In this document: positions 17,512 to 27,140 of the stretch, piece by piece
Position numbering within the stretch: position 1 is the first letter of the stretch
How the letters are laid out: the number at the start of each line of letters is the position of its first letter
Source: Patescibacteria group bacterium
Lineage (GTDB): Bacteria > Patescibacteriota > Minisyncoccia > Phycocordibacterales > PALSA-1337
DNA: 64,000 nucleotides
Assembly: GCA_018971685.1 (NCBI GenBank)
Contig: JAGXAG010000002.1
Span: 2,276 to 66,275, forward strand
Direction of reading: 5' to 3'
Program-made: the position numbers and the translations under genes
The notes under the pieces: generated by a model
Database searches by the model: none
Told to the model about the DNA's origin: nothing
The model's input: the letters and a program-made list of their open reading frames with translations, nothing else

Positions 17512-19374
17512 ATGACATCATCCGAAATCCGCACCAGATTCTTGGAGTTTTTCAAAAAACGCGGGCATACGATCATACCGAGCGCGTCTTTGGTGACTTC
17601 CGACGAAAAGGGCGTTACCAATCCGACCTTGTTCAACACCGCCGGCATGCAGCCGCTCATCCCGTATCTGTTGGGTAAACCATTCCTGGATAATGATGGT
17701 AAAGAAATAAAGAGATTGGCCGATGCCCAGAAATGTCTGCGCACCGTGGATATCGATGAAGTCGGCGACACTGTGCATGCGACATTTTTCGAAATGCTCG
17801 GCAATTGGTCGCTGGGCGATTATTTCAAGAAGGAAGCGATAAATTGGAGCTATGAATTTTTGACTTCGAAAGAGGAAGGGTTGGGATTGGATCCAAAACG
17901 GTTGTACATTACGGTGTTTGAGGGGGACGGGAATGCGCCCAGGGACGATGAAGCCGCGGAAATCTGGGCATCGACGCTAGGTTTGTCAACAACGGCCACA
18001 TCTCGAAGTCCGACATCGGCAGTTGGCCGTATTTTCTTCATGTCTGCCGATAAAAACTGGTGGGAAGCGGGCAACGATGGGCCATGCGGACCTGATTCGG
18101 AAATGTATTACGATGTCGCCAATCGTTTCGGCGGGCGCGAGATTGCCCAAGAAGAGTTTGTTGACGCTGATGAAAAGAAAGATTTGGTCGAAGTCTGGAA
18201 CGATGTCTTCATGCAATACGAGAAAAAAGACGGCAAAATTATCGGCAAATTGCCTAAGCCGTCGGTTGATACCGGCGCCGGCCTCGAGAGGCTGGCGATG
18301 ACTTTGCAGAAGGTCGATAATATTTATGATATTGATCTTTTAAAACCGGTGATGGAAAAAATCAAAGAATTGTCGAAAAATTGGGACATCAAATCTGCCA
18401 GAATATTTGCGGATCACATAAGAGCCTCCGTCTTTTTGACAGCCGATGGGGTCATACCGGGCAATACTGACAGAGGATATGTTTTGCGCCGTCTTATCAG
18501 ACGTTTTGTCAGACACGCCGACACTCTCGGCATAAATCAGAATGCGGCGGCTTCGGTCTTTGGAAAAATTATCGATGTATATGCCGATACATATGATGAT
18601 TTGAAAAAACAAGACAAGAATATCCGTTCCGTTTTGGTTGCCGAAGAAACCAAATATCGCGAAACGGCCAATAAAGGATTCCATGAATTGAGGAGGAGAT
18701 TGAAAGACAAGGGCACATTTTCGACAAACGACCTGTTTGATTTTTATCAAAGTTACGGATTGAGCAAAGAACAGCTAAAGGAGACTTTGTCCGAATTGCC
18801 GATCAAATTTGACGAGAAAGACTTTGACGATCTGGTAAAAAATCACCAGGCACTTTCGCGCGCGGGGGCGGAGAAAAAATTCAAGGGCGGCTTGGCGGAT
18901 GCGAACGATCCGATGGTCGTGAGATATCACACGGCGACGCATTTGCTGCACCAAGCCCTGCACGACATCCTGGGCAATGAGGTAAGCCAAAAAGGTTCCA
19001 ACATCACGCCGGAGAGACTGCGATTTGATTTTTCGTATCCTTCAAAAATGACTGACGAACAAAAGAAAAAAGTCGAGGAGATCGTAAATGAAAAGATCGC
19101 CCTCAAACTTACGGTAAATCAAGTCGTTATGCCATCGGAAGAAGCCGTCAAAACCGGCGCTTATCACTTCTTCAACGAGAAATACCCCGAGCAAGTTTCG
19201 GTGTATTATATAGGAGACGATATCGATCATGCTTATTCCAAAGAATTTTGCGGCGGCCCGCATGTAGCCAATACCGGAGAATTGGCCGGTCCGGAAGGCA
19301 AATGGAAATTCAAACTAAAGAAAGAAGAAGCGGTTGCGCAAGGCGTGCGCCGGATCAGGGCAGTGCTCGAATGA
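17512..19374 (+). CDS. alaS: Alanine--tRNA ligase (C-Ala domain absent)
   Basis: LFNTAGMQP, FFEMLGNWS, GPCGPDSE, DTGAGLER, HTATHLL, EFCGGPHV; ends right after GVRRIRA. Confidence 0.97.
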   Translation: MTSSEIRTRFLEFFKKRGHTIIPSASLVTSDEKGVTNPTLFNTAGMQPLIPYLLGKPFLDNDGKEIKRLADAQKCLRTVDIDEVGDTVHATFFEMLGNWSLGDYFKKEAINWSYEFLTSKEEGLGLDPKRLYITVFEGDGNAPRDDEAAEIWASTLGLSTTATSRSPTSAVGRIFFMSADKNWWEAGNDGPCGPDSEMYYDVANRFGGREIAQEEFVDADEKKDLVEVWNDVFMQYEKKDGKIIGKLPKPSVDTGAGLERLAMTLQKVDNIYDIDLLKPVMEKIKELSKNWDIKSARIFADHIRASVFLTADGVIPGNTDRGYVLRRLIRRFVRHADTLGINQNAAASVFGKIIDVYADTYDDLKKQDKNIRSVLVAEETKYRETANKGFHELRRRLKDKGTFSTNDLFDFYQSYGLSKEQLKETLSELPIKFDEKDFDDLVKNHQALSRAGAEKKFKGGLADANDPMVVRYHTATHLLHQALHDILGNEVSQKGSNITPERLRFDFSYPSKMTDEQKKKVEEIVNEKIALKLTVNQVVMPSEEAVKTGAYHFFNEKYPEQVSVYYIGDDIDHAYSKEFCGGPHVANTGELAGPEGKWKFKLKKEEAVAQGVRRIRAVLE

Positions 19375-19387
19375 TAAAACCAAACCA

Positions 19388-20560
19388 ATGTTATTCTCGC
19401 ATAAAGATAACGAAAAACTGGCGCTTCTGGTCAATTTGCAAAGCTCAATTATCAAATTGTCGTTCGTTGTCATAAAGCCGGCTGTAGCGCCACATATCGT
19501 ATATACCTTATCAAAGGATATTCATGCCAGACATTATGCCGAATCGATCAAATTCATAGAAGCTTCTCTCGGAGCTCTGCGTGGCGCCATCGAGACCGGA
19601 ATGCGGCGATTCAAAGATATTGCCAAATCCGACGGATTGGAAGTCGGAATACCACCGATCGACGAAGTCCATTTCGTATTGTCTTCCCCATGGGTGGTAT
19701 CGCGCGCAAAGATAATATCTCTATCTTTTGTGAAGCCGACGGCTATCACCAGGGATCTTGTCTTGAACGCGATCAAAAATGAGCGCGAGAAAGATTTTCC
19801 GCCGGATGCAAAAATTTCGATCATTGAAGAGAAAATATTCGATGTGCTCTTGAACGGGTATTCAAATACCAACTGGGAACGAAAACAAACTCTAAGAGCC
19901 GATGTATCTTTTGCAACGACCGTGGCAGGCATCGGAATGACTGACAGATTACGGGGCGTCTGCGAAGAACACGGCATTAGCCGGTCTGTGGCATTTCATT
20001 CGGCGCCGCTTTTATTCTTTACGGGCATGAGGATCGTAGAACCAGAAGCGCGCGACTGCTTATTGTTGCATGTGCATGGCGAATTGACAGATATTGTAGC
20101 GGTCGAACGCGGCAATTGCGCACTGTTCGCTTCGTATCCTCTTGGCGCCGATTCGCTGGCGCATGCCGTCGCCAAAACCGCCAAGGTCAGCGACGATACG
20201 GCCGATTCGACGGTTTCGCTATATATCGGCGGATATTTGGACGAGAAAGAATCGGCTGCCTCGATACACGCTCTAAAACAAGCCGGAAAAGATTGGGCGG
20301 ACGGCGTAAAAAATACCCTGACACGCGCCAATCTTTCTTTGGGCGATTTCCAGTCCATAGTCGTGTCAGCCGACAAGCATGAGGATTTCTTTGAAACCGG
20401 ATTAGCCGGTCTACTTGAAAAAAATCGCGTTCATACCGTACACTCTTTGCAACCAGAAGATCTAACGCCGTTTGTTTCTTCCGGCCAACATGCCGAACTG
20501 GCGAAGATGATGGGTCTGTATGCCGTAGCTGTCAACAATCTCGAGTATGCCCGGAGGTAA
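19388..20560 (+). CDS. Divergent FtsA/PilM-like actin-fold protein
   Basis: VHFVLSSPW, LLNGY, LLHVHGELTDI, SYPLG motifs; the fold assignment is inferred. Confidence 0.65.
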   Translation: MLFSHKDNEKLALLVNLQSSIIKLSFVVIKPAVAPHIVYTLSKDIHARHYAESIKFIEASLGALRGAIETGMRRFKDIAKSDGLEVGIPPIDEVHFVLSSPWVVSRAKIISLSFVKPTAITRDLVLNAIKNEREKDFPPDAKISIIEEKIFDVLLNGYSNTNWERKQTLRADVSFATTVAGIGMTDRLRGVCEEHGISRSVAFHSAPLLFFTGMRIVEPEARDCLLLHVHGELTDIVAVERGNCALFASYPLGADSLAHAVAKTAKVSDDTADSTVSLYIGGYLDEKESAASIHALKQAGKDWADGVKNTLTRANLSLGDFQSIVVSADKHEDFFETGLAGLLEKNRVHTVHSLQPEDLTPFVSSGQHAELAKMMGLYAVAVNNLEYARR

Positions 20561-20622
20561 TTTTATGTTACACTGTATATTATTACGATATTTTTGTGTG
20601 AATTGAACGCAAAAATCTTTAA

Positions 20623-22026
20623 ATGCCTAGACGAGTCGAAGATATATTACCAAACGATAAGCGATCGATCAGGAACATACCGATCGGATCAAAAAGCGCG
20701 CACGCCGGAAGCGAAGGTTTGGTGAATAAAAACATCGCAACGGAACCAGCGAGAAAGCCGCTCAAAAATGAATCTTTTGGGCGCGAGGTGCCGATAAAAC
20801 GGGTAATGCCCCTGTCGCCGCCGCCCTACACGGCGCGAGCCGACCGTCCCAAACGCCGGAAAGGCAAAGGATTGAAAATTCTGCTTGTATTCATCGGCGC
20901 CATCATAGTCGTAGGGTTTGGCGGGTATGCAGTCTCGGCGTTTTTCTCTCGGGCGATATTCACGGTTATGCCGCGCGAAATTCCGATATCGGTTGACGGC
21001 ACTTACATATTCAATTCAACGGCAAAAAGCGGCACGCTCTCTTATAATGTCATCAAAGAAAGCGATTCCGTCTCGGCGAATGTGCCCGCTTCCGACGGTT
21101 CGACGGTCGAAACCAAAGCCAAGGGCGTGATGACGGTTTACAACGCTTACAGTTTATCGGCGCGGCGGCTCATCGCAGGCACGCGCTTTGATAGTGGTAA
21201 CGGTAAGATATACCGCTTGACCGGCTCGATCATGATACCCGGCTACGCAAAATCACCGAGCGGACAAATAATTCCTGGACACATAGACGCGCCTATAATC
21301 GCAGACCAAGCGGGCGATGATTACAATATCACCGGTACGGATTCCGTTGGCGACTTCAAAATAGTGGCTTATAAGGGCACGGATAAATACGATACGATAT
21401 ATGGCCGAATTGCCGGCACCGTGACTGGCGGATTTGCCGGTCAAAAGAAGACTGTGGCAAAAGACATCCTGGCTTCGACAACCGCCGCCCTGGAAGCCCA
21501 ACTTACCGCGCGACTTCAAGCGAAAATATCCGGCGAGATTTCATCAAATTTTGTGATCTACGGCAATGGTTATCTGATTTCATTTTCCGAACCGGCGATA
21601 GCGGGCGGCCAAAGCGATTCAGCGACGGTTACGATAAGCGGTACGGCCTATGGCATAGAACTGAAAAAGGACGAGCTGGTTGCCCGGTTGGCCAACGGCA
21701 CGAACCTGGATTCATTCAAAGGTATGCCTTATGACACGCCGGGCTTGGATCAATTGTCGTTTTCGATATCTAATGCCAAAGATTTTTCGCCCGCCAAAGG
21801 CAACCCATTGGTAGCGGAGCTTAAAGGCACTATGAAAGTGGTCGGGCGCATACCGGTTGACGAGCTCAAGGCCAAATTTGCCGGACTGTCGCTCTCGGGA
21901 ACGAATGCCGTCATGCGCCAATATTCGCCGGTGATCGACCTCGCCAAATCTTCCGGCCAAGTGGTGCCGCCTTGGGCCAAGGTGCCTACCAATTTCGATA
22001 AGATCTCGATTATTGTGGAAAAATAA
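20623..22026 (+). CDS. Bitopic membrane protein with a baseplate-J-like extracellular region
   Basis: Basic disordered N-terminus, one TM helix, KAKG...VYN...LIAGTRF, ADQAGDDYNI, GGF.G motifs. Confidence 0.7.
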   Translation: MPRRVEDILPNDKRSIRNIPIGSKSAHAGSEGLVNKNIATEPARKPLKNESFGREVPIKRVMPLSPPPYTARADRPKRRKGKGLKILLVFIGAIIVVGFGGYAVSAFFSRAIFTVMPREIPISVDGTYIFNSTAKSGTLSYNVIKESDSVSANVPASDGSTVETKAKGVMTVYNAYSLSARRLIAGTRFDSGNGKIYRLTGSIMIPGYAKSPSGQIIPGHIDAPIIADQAGDDYNITGTDSVGDFKIVAYKGTDKYDTIYGRIAGTVTGGFAGQKKTVAKDILASTTAALEAQLTARLQAKISGEISSNFVIYGNGYLISFSEPAIAGGQSDSATVTISGTAYGIELKKDELVARLANGTNLDSFKGMPYDTPGLDQLSFSISNAKDFSPAKGNPLVAELKGTMKVVGRIPVDELKAKFAGLSLSGTNAVMRQYSPVIDLAKSSGQVVPPWAKVPTNFDKISIIVEK

Positions 22027-22059
22027 CGGAATCACCACTCTGCTATAATATCATTCCCA

Positions 22060-22653
22060 ATGAATAACATTTTTGTTAAACGTTTTTTTGTCGGAATCGT
22101 GTTGATTGCCGTCGGCGCGATCGCCGGCTTTTTATTGGCCGACAAAGGCCTAATTTCACCCACCGGTTTTGCGGACGGATACAATCAACAGGCGCGCGTC
22201 TCCGCGGCGCAGGCGGCCAAAATAGATCCCGCGATACTTTATCCGGTTACAGAGGTGGTTGATGGTGACACCTTCAAGGTGAAAATAGGCGGTAAGGAGA
22301 TTACTGTACGCTTGCTTGGCATCAATACTCCGGAAGTTGTGGACCCAAGAAAACCGGTAGAATGTTTCGGGCCGGAGGCCTCTGCCGAGGCCAAGACGCT
22401 CCTTTCCGACGGGAAAGTCCGCTTAGAATTGAATCCCAACCGCGAGAAGACGGACTATTACAGCCGCCTGCTCGCTTATGCTTTTTTGCCCGACGGCACA
22501 TTCCTCAATAAAGTTTTAGTTCAAGAAGGTTATGCCCGCGAATACACCGTCGGCACGCCGTATTCGTACCAATCCGATTTCAAAGCCGCCGAAGCGGCGG
22601 CAAAGGCGGCCAGCAAAGGGCTTTGGGGCAAATGCGGTGTTGAGGCGAAGTGA
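22060..22653 (+). CDS. Thermonuclease (SNase) family protein, membrane-anchored
   Basis: VVDGDT, VRLLGINTPE, D.Y.RLLAY, LVQEGYA, KGLW. Confidence 0.93.
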   Translation: MNNIFVKRFFVGIVLIAVGAIAGFLLADKGLISPTGFADGYNQQARVSAAQAAKIDPAILYPVTEVVDGDTFKVKIGGKEITVRLLGINTPEVVDPRKPVECFGPEASAEAKTLLSDGKVRLELNPNREKTDYYSRLLAYAFLPDGTFLNKVLVQEGYAREYTVGTPYSYQSDFKAAEAAAKAASKGLWGKCGVEAK

Positions 22654-22849
22654 GGGCACAATGTTTGTTTCAAGCCGGCAACCACCTGTCTGAGCGCAGT
22701 ATAAATTTCTTGGCAAAAGGCTGCCGAGATGGGAATTGCTACGGCGCGAAGCGTATGCGGAGCGCCGAGCAATTCCGCAAGCCTCTTGCCTAGAAATTTA
22801 ACGGAGCGAGTCTTGCCGGCTTGAAACAAACATTGTGCCCTCACTTCGC
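22645..22849. mobile_element. 205-bp palindromic (MITE-like) element with perfect 37-bp terminal inverted repeats
   Basis: GCGAAGTGAGGGCACAATGTTTGTTTCAAGCCGGCAA (22645-22681) and its exact reverse complement (22813-22849), with nested internal stems. Confidence 0.9.
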
Positions 22850-23764
22850 TCTGAGCGCCAAATAAATATCCTCGAGCGCCTTGACCGCATCTCCGGCCGC
22901 GATATTATTCTGGTGATATAGCCCGTCCGTGCAATCGCCTGCAGCCCAAACGCCCGCCACGGAAGTCCGCTGATTCTTAGAGTCGACTTTGATATGGCCG
23001 TAATGATCCAATTCCACCAAATCTTTTACGAATGAAGTTGTTGGTATCGAGCCGATTTCCACGAATATTCCCGAGACTTTCAATTCCGTGTCTTTGCTGG
23101 TTATCTTGTCGGTATAAACAAAGCCCTCGACGAATCTGTCGCCTTTGACTTCTTTCGGCACCACATTGGTCAAAAGTTTGAAATGCGAATTTTTGGACAC
23201 CGCTTCGATCGTGCCCGGATCGGCCCGGAATTTCTCGCTGCGGTTAACCAGCGTCACCGATTTGCAGTATGCCAGCAGTTGCGCCGCGCTCTCGAAAGCC
23301 GCATTGCCGCCGCCAACCACCACGACATCTTTGTCCTTGAATAATGGGCCGTCGCATGACGCGCAATAAGTGAGCCCTTTGTGTTCCAGCCGATCCGCGC
23401 CGGGCACATCGAGTTTTCTCCTATGACTGCCGGATGATATGAGAACGGATTTTGTCTGGTAAGTATTTTTATCGGTGATTATCGATAATTCACCGTTTTT
23501 CTTTTCAACCTTTTCACAACTTTCGCCAACATGAACATCAACAAATTCTCCGGCATATGCCCTCAAATGCTTTTCCAAACTATCGGCCAATTCCATGCCG
23601 CTTAACTTTATTGTTCCTATCCAATTTTCTATGCCTTCTGAAACCGTGCTCTGGCTGTTCCAATCCTTGGTAATGAACATTGTTTTCAATTGCTTCCTTG
23701 CCGCATAAACTCCCGCCGCCGCTCCCGCCGGTCCGCCGCCTATTATGGTTAGATCGTATATCAT
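22841..23764 (-). CDS. trxB: Thioredoxin reductase / AhpF-like FAD oxidoreductase
   Basis: GGGPAG, YCASCDG, VVGGGNAA, GVWAAGDC. Confidence 0.88.
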   Translation of the reverse strand: MIYDLTIIGGGPAGAAAGVYAARKQLKTMFITKDWNSQSTVSEGIENWIGTIKLSGMELADSLEKHLRAYAGEFVDVHVGESCEKVEKKNGELSIITDKNTYQTKSVLISSGSHRRKLDVPGADRLEHKGLTYCASCDGPLFKDKDVVVVGGGNAAFESAAQLLAYCKSVTLVNRSEKFRADPGTIEAVSKNSHFKLLTNVVPKEVKGDRFVEGFVYTDKITSKDTELKVSGIFVEIGSIPTTSFVKDLVELDHYGHIKVDSKNQRTSVAGVWAAGDCTDGLYHQNNIAAGDAVKALEDIYLALRAK

Positions 23765-23797
23765 AGTGATTGAATGATAACATAAACACTTTTGTTA

Positions 23798-23819
23798 TTC
23801 CAAGGTCGAACTCTTGAAA
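23798..23819. repeat. Degenerate short REP-like palindrome
   Basis: TTCCAAGGTCGAACTCTTGAAA, just downstream of the dnaE stop. Confidence 0.55.
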
Positions 23820-23824
23820 CACGA

Positions 23825-26800
23825 TCACAAACTTTTCATCCTTTCAATAACAAACCCTTTTTCACCGTTTCTGGAATTGACCGTCGCCTTGATTGCTAGA
23901 CACCTGTCGGGGGCGATCAATTCTCGGAACTCTTTGTAGACGCGGGGAAAGACCACCGCTTCCGCTTCGGCGGAAAAGTCCGCGATCGTGACAAATGCCA
24001 TCGTTTCGTTATTCTTGGTCTGGATGGTGCGGACTTCATTCACGATAATGCCCAGAATAACCGAATCGCCATCCCTCTTGTTTTCCAGCGCTTTCTTTAT
24101 GTCCATGTCTTTCTTCGCGATCACTTCGCGGTATTTTTCCAACGGATGTCCCGAAATATAGAGTCCTAACAGCTCTTTTTCCCAGCCCAATTTTTCCTTC
24201 ATTTCCGCTTTTGGTGCCGCGTTCAACTTCAAGACCGGAACGCTTGACGAATCCGCCATCAATCCGAACAAAGAATCTTGGCTCGAATCCCGCTTGCCGC
24301 TCTCTTTATTGTATTCCAGGAGCAATTCAATGTTTGCCATCATCACGCCCCTATCTTCGCCGAAGCAATCCAACGCACCCGCCTTGATCAGCGATTCCAG
24401 CGACTTTTTGTTGATGTTCCTGTCTTTGACTCGATCCAGGAAATCAGCCAGTGACCGGTATTTCCCCCCGCGTTTTCGCTCGTCAATTATGGCCGTCGAA
24501 ACGCCCTGCCCGAAGTTTTTGATGGTGACCAGTCCAAAACGGATACGGTAATTCCGCGGAACATCGAGATGAGACCTCTCGCCATCGCGCGAGGACTCAC
24601 CTCGATGTTCCGTGTCGCATGAGGCAGTATTTGCTTTGATTACTGTGAACTGACTGAAACTTTCATTCACATCCGGCGGCAAAACCGGAATACCCAATCG
24701 TTTGCATTCTGCGATCGTCTCTGCAACCTTCTCCGTATCGCCCGACTCCGATGACAGCACCGCCGACAAATATATTTCCGGATAATGCGCTTTCAAATAT
24801 GCCGTCAGATACGCCACCCAGCCGTATGACACCGAATGCGCCTTGTTGAAAGCGTAAGCCGCGAACGGCTCGATCCACTTCCAGACCTGCTCCGCCTTCT
24901 TCTTGCTCCACTTGCTGTGCTCAATACAGCCGTTGATAAAGCGGTCTTTTTGTTTCGCCATCTCTTCCGGGATCTTTTTGCCCACTGCTTTGCGGAATTT
25001 GTCCACTTCCGACCAGCTGTAGCCCGCCAGATCATGCGCCATGATCAGGAGGTCGTCTTGGTAGACCAAAATGCCGTAAGTCTTCTTTAATATTTTTTCC
25101 AGCGAAGGATCTAGGTATTTGACCAGTTTCGTATCATGCTTGCGCGCGATATAGTCCGGAATGAATTGGATCGGGCCCGGGCGATACAGCGCCACCATGG
25201 CGTTGATATCGTGGATCGAAGACGGCCTCAGGTCTTTCAGGAACCGCGTCATGCCGTCGCCGTTCAGTTGGAACAGATCGGCTGTCTCGCCGCGCGCCAG
25301 CATTTCGAAAGTCTGTTTATCGTCGACCGGAATCTTGTCTATTTCGATTTCGGCGCCGTCGATCTTTTTTATCCGGTCGATGGTATCAGCGATGATCGTC
25401 AAGTTCTTGAGCCCGAGGAAATCGAATTTCAAAAGGCCGGCATCTTCGATCGAATACATGTCGTATTGCGTGATGATTTTGCCTTCGCCTTTTGGATCGA
25501 ATTGAAGCGGCGTATATTCGATGATGGGCGTAGGCGCCATGACGACGCCGGCGGCATGTACGCCGATGTGCCGCGCGCAGCCTTCGATCTTTCTCGCCAT
25601 GTCAACGATTCTTTTTGCTTCAATGTCTTTGTCGTACAGATCTTTCAATTCCGGCACGGTTTCGAAAGCGCGTTCGATCGTCATCGGGAATCCTTGCGAG
25701 CCCATGGGAATGAGTTTGGCGATTTTGTCGCCGACTTCGAACGGGAATCCCATCGCGCGCGCGGCATCTCTGACCGATCCGCGCGCCATCATAGTGCCGA
25801 AAGTGCCTATCTGCGCCACTTTGTCGGCGCCGTATTTCTTCCGGGCGTATTCGATGACTTCGTCCCGCCGGTTGTCGGCGTAATCCATGTCGATATCCGG
25901 CGGCGACGGCCTGTCCGGATTCAAGAACCTTTCGAAAGGTATTTCATATTCGATCGGATTGACATTGGTAATGCCCGCCAAATAGGTGACAAGCGAGCCG
26001 GAAACCGATCCTCTGATGTTGCTCAGGATGCCGTTTTCCCTGGAAAACCTTAATAAATCCGCCACTACCAAGAAATAAGGCGCATAACCCTTCTTTTTGA
26101 TGACACCAAGTTCGTATTCGGCGCGTTCGAGCATCTCCTTTGACTGTGGCACATTGCGCCGGCCAAAACCATCGAAAACCAGATATCTTAATTCGTCGTC
26201 GTAGCTCCGTCCGCTTTCCACTTTATAATCCGGAAAAACCCATTTGCCCAGATCCAATTCAAGACTGCACAAATCGGCGACTTTCGCGGTATTGGCGAGC
26301 GCTTCAGGCAAGTCCTTGAATAATTCCGCAGCCCGCTCGGACGAAATGAATGAAAAATCTTCTTCATCGTCTGTCGATATTCTGTCGGAAGCGTCGGAAT
26401 GCGAATTGACCAGCAACATGGTATTGCGCGCCTCACGGTCTTCTTGGTTCAAATAGTACACATCATGCGCCGCCAAAATCGGGATCTTTTCGTTTTGGGA
26501 AAACTCGACCAGTTTCTTCATATTGGCTTTATGGCCCTCAATTTCCGGATGAGCGGTTATTTCCATGTACAAATGCTCGCCGAATATCTTTTTGTAATGC
26601 GCCGCAAATTCTTTAGCCTTGTCATCTGTGCGGCCTTTGAGCGATTGGGCAATGTCGCTCGAAGATGACGGCAAGATCGCGATCAGTCCGTCGCGGTATT
26701 TCTCCATCAATTCGCGATCGATTCTCGGCTTGTAATAAAATCCTTCGAGGTGCGAGTCGGTAACCAGCTTCAGCAGGTTCTTGTAGCCGATTTCATTCCG

Positions 26801-27079
26801 GGCCAGAAGAACCAGTCGCGAGCGGCGGTTATCCAACCCCGCGTCTTTGTCGCGCCTCGTCCGCGCCGCCACATAAAAGTCCACGCCTATGATCGGTTTC
26901 AACTCTTTCTTCTTGCACTCCTTGTAAAACTCGATCGCGCCGTAGAGATTGCCGTTATCAGTAAGCGCTAGCGATGCCATACCGTGTTTCTTGGCAGTGC
27001 CTACCAGTTCGTCTATCTTCGGCAAAGCGTTCAACAGAGAATAGTGCGAATGTGTATGGAGATGGGTGAATCGCGGCAT
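23825..27079 (-). CDS. dnaE: DNA polymerase III subunit alpha
   Basis: PHP HLHTHSHYS, FERFLNPDRPSPPDIDMD, KFDFLGL, YAFNKAHS, EKELLGLYISGHPL. Confidence 0.98.
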   Translation of the reverse strand: MPRFTHLHTHSHYSLLNALPKIDELVGTAKKHGMASLALTDNGNLYGAIEFYKECKKKELKPIIGVDFYVAARTRRDKDAGLDNRRSRLVLLARNEIGYKNLLKLVTDSHLEGFYYKPRIDRELMEKYRDGLIAILPSSSSDIAQSLKGRTDDKAKEFAAHYKKIFGEHLYMEITAHPEIEGHKANMKKLVEFSQNEKIPILAAHDVYYLNQEDREARNTMLLVNSHSDASDRISTDDEEDFSFISSERAAELFKDLPEALANTAKVADLCSLELDLGKWVFPDYKVESGRSYDDELRYLVFDGFGRRNVPQSKEMLERAEYELGVIKKKGYAPYFLVVADLLRFSRENGILSNIRGSVSGSLVTYLAGITNVNPIEYEIPFERFLNPDRPSPPDIDMDYADNRRDEVIEYARKKYGADKVAQIGTFGTMMARGSVRDAARAMGFPFEVGDKIAKLIPMGSQGFPMTIERAFETVPELKDLYDKDIEAKRIVDMARKIEGCARHIGVHAAGVVMAPTPIIEYTPLQFDPKGEGKIITQYDMYSIEDAGLLKFDFLGLKNLTIIADTIDRIKKIDGAEIEIDKIPVDDKQTFEMLARGETADLFQLNGDGMTRFLKDLRPSSIHDINAMVALYRPGPIQFIPDYIARKHDTKLVKYLDPSLEKILKKTYGILVYQDDLLIMAHDLAGYSWSEVDKFRKAVGKKIPEEMAKQKDRFINGCIEHSKWSKKKAEQVWKWIEPFAAYAFNKAHSVSYGWVAYLTAYLKAHYPEIYLSAVLSSESGDTEKVAETIAECKRLGIPVLPPDVNESFSQFTVIKANTASCDTEHRGESSRDGERSHLDVPRNYRIRFGLVTIKNFGQGVSTAIIDERKRGGKYRSLADFLDRVKDRNINKKSLESLIKAGALDCFGEDRGVMMANIELLLEYNKESGKRDSSQDSLFGLMADSSSVPVLKLNAAPKAEMKEKLGWEKELLGLYISGHPLEKYREVIAKKDMDIKKALENKRDGDSVILGIIVNEVRTIQTKNNETMAFVTIADFSAEAEAVVFPRVYKEFRELIAPDRCLAIKATVNSRNGEKGFVIERMKSL
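24555..24614. mobile_element. In-frame REP doublet (REPIN-like) in dnaE
   Basis: CGCGGAACATCGAGATGAGACCTC...GAGGACTCACCTCGATGTTCCGTG; core CGAGGACTCACCT also occurs at 47964. Confidence 0.8.
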
Positions 27080-27140
27080 ATAGTTTGGTTATCTTGCACA
27101 TATCCGACCTGTCCGATGTTAAAGATGATACAATCTAACC

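Noticed and set aside
17512-19374. alaS as a truncated pseudogene
   Set aside because: Catalytic and editing domains are intact; loss of the C-Ala domain is a known compact form.
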